From the NCBI RefSeq assembly GCF_964204865.1, contig NC_135253.1, positions 17,794,001 to 17,858,000 of the forward strand: a DNA stretch of 64,000 bases, given 5' to 3'. This stretch comes from Styela clava (taxonomy: Eukaryota). The position numbers were made by a program, and so were the translations under genes. Below are positions 62,856 through 64,000 of the stretch, piece by piece. The first letter of the stretch is position 1. Each line of letters starts with the position of its first letter. The notes beneath the pieces are model-generated. The model made no database searches, was not told the origin of the DNA, and worked only from the letters and a program-made list of their open reading frames with translations.

Positions 62856-63452
62856 GGTCATCAAGAGTTGAATCAATAAAAATCCTAAATTCCAATATTA
62901 AAACAACAGGTTTATTAAATATTATTTTTTTATAATAATTTTATTAATAAGAAAAAACATTTATGAACAAGATAATAACTTTAACCTCTTCAAAAACAAA
63001 ATCGACGTTTTCGCTACAGCGTTTCTATTTGCAGCGGCGGCAAGGACATCCTGCTCTTTCAACCATAAGAGAGCTGGCGCTTGCTCACCCTCTCGGCCTG
63101 TTTTGAATTTTATTATTTGTTATTCATTATCTATATTTTCGTGGTACGGTACCGGTATTTCGTTTATGTACCTATATTATTAAGTTAACGTATGGTACGA
63201 TATGGTAAAATAGGAACAAGATTTATTTGAGGGAAAGGTGGGCCGATAATGAGACACGGCAATCCAATCATATTAGCATTTTTCTCTATTTTGAACAATG
63301 TCCGGATGTGTTAGCAGGCACAACTGCACAACTTAATTCATGTAATTACTGAATTATGTAGCCCATACAGCTACATGCAAAAAATATTCAAATGGGTTAG
63401 GAAATTGTTGAATTACGAGTTAGACTAATTCATTTGTTTGTATATTTTTTTA

Positions 63453-63640
63453 GGGTCTCATGTAGTTTCGTACCTATTGACCTAACATACAGATATACGG
63501 TACTTCTAGTGGGTGTAGCATGACAATTTTTTCACGTATCAATCCTAACTCCCACCTGACTACACCACCCAAAAATTACGTCATTACGACGCCCACTAGA
63601 AGTACGTTAGGTAGGTACCGTACGAAACTACACGAGACCC
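63453..63640. mobile_element. MITE (188 bp)
   Basis: TIRs GGGTCTCATGTAGTTTCGTAC / GGGTCTCGTGTAGTTTCGTAC in T-rich flanks. Confidence 0.8.
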
Positions 63641-64000
63641 CTTTTTTCAGTTTTTATTTGTTTGTATATCTTTCTTTTTACTTATGTCTCGCTTTTTTTC
63701 ACTCCCGACCTCATGTCTCGATGATTGTGTGTGTGTGCGTGCCTAATTAGTCCTGATACTGTAAAACTGGGTAACTTTGGATGATTTCACTATACTTTAA
63801 TCAATACTTCTGCCGTTTGTTGTCCAATTCGTGGTAAATTAAGTAAATGTAATTCTCTGCACATGTATTTAATTTTCTCGACGGTCCGATCATTTTTTCT
63901 GTCTTGATTGTTTCATTTTTCATTACGCTACTGAATATCTAACTTGGGATGGTGAATCACCTCCCTGCGTCACCGCAACTCGAGCGAAAAGTGCGTGTGT

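Overview
AT-rich animal genomic DNA with short spliceosomal introns; the repeat style suggests a tunicate/ascidian-like invertebrate (inference only). Left to right: (1) a 7-exon secretory phospholipase A2 gene (+, 70-3839) with a GC-AG intron and a C-terminal extension ending in a GPI-signal-like tail; (2) a 3-exon FLVCR/SLC49-like MFS transporter (+, 4911-7482); (3) a ~24 kb array of five tandem ~4.5 kb units (5945-30095), each holding the 3' part of the MFS gene and a convergent 4-exon tetraspanin gene with a ~214-aa cytoplasmic tail. Three tetraspanin copies are intact, one has a nonsense codon and one is transposon-interrupted; (4) an intronless TMEM232 (-); (5) a 15-exon WDR43/UTP5 (+); (6) a 2.1 kb non-autonomous hAT element and a decayed non-LTR retrotransposon; (7) a ~10-exon CLHC1 (-); (8) upstream of CLHC1, two short ORFs sharing an ungapped motif, and a canonical RFX X-box. 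tRNA-derived SINEs and MITEs are scattered throughout. Gene models were assembled by hand from splice signals and frame continuity, and gene names come from recalled motifs, not database searches. No CRISPR array, rRNA or true tRNA gene was seen.
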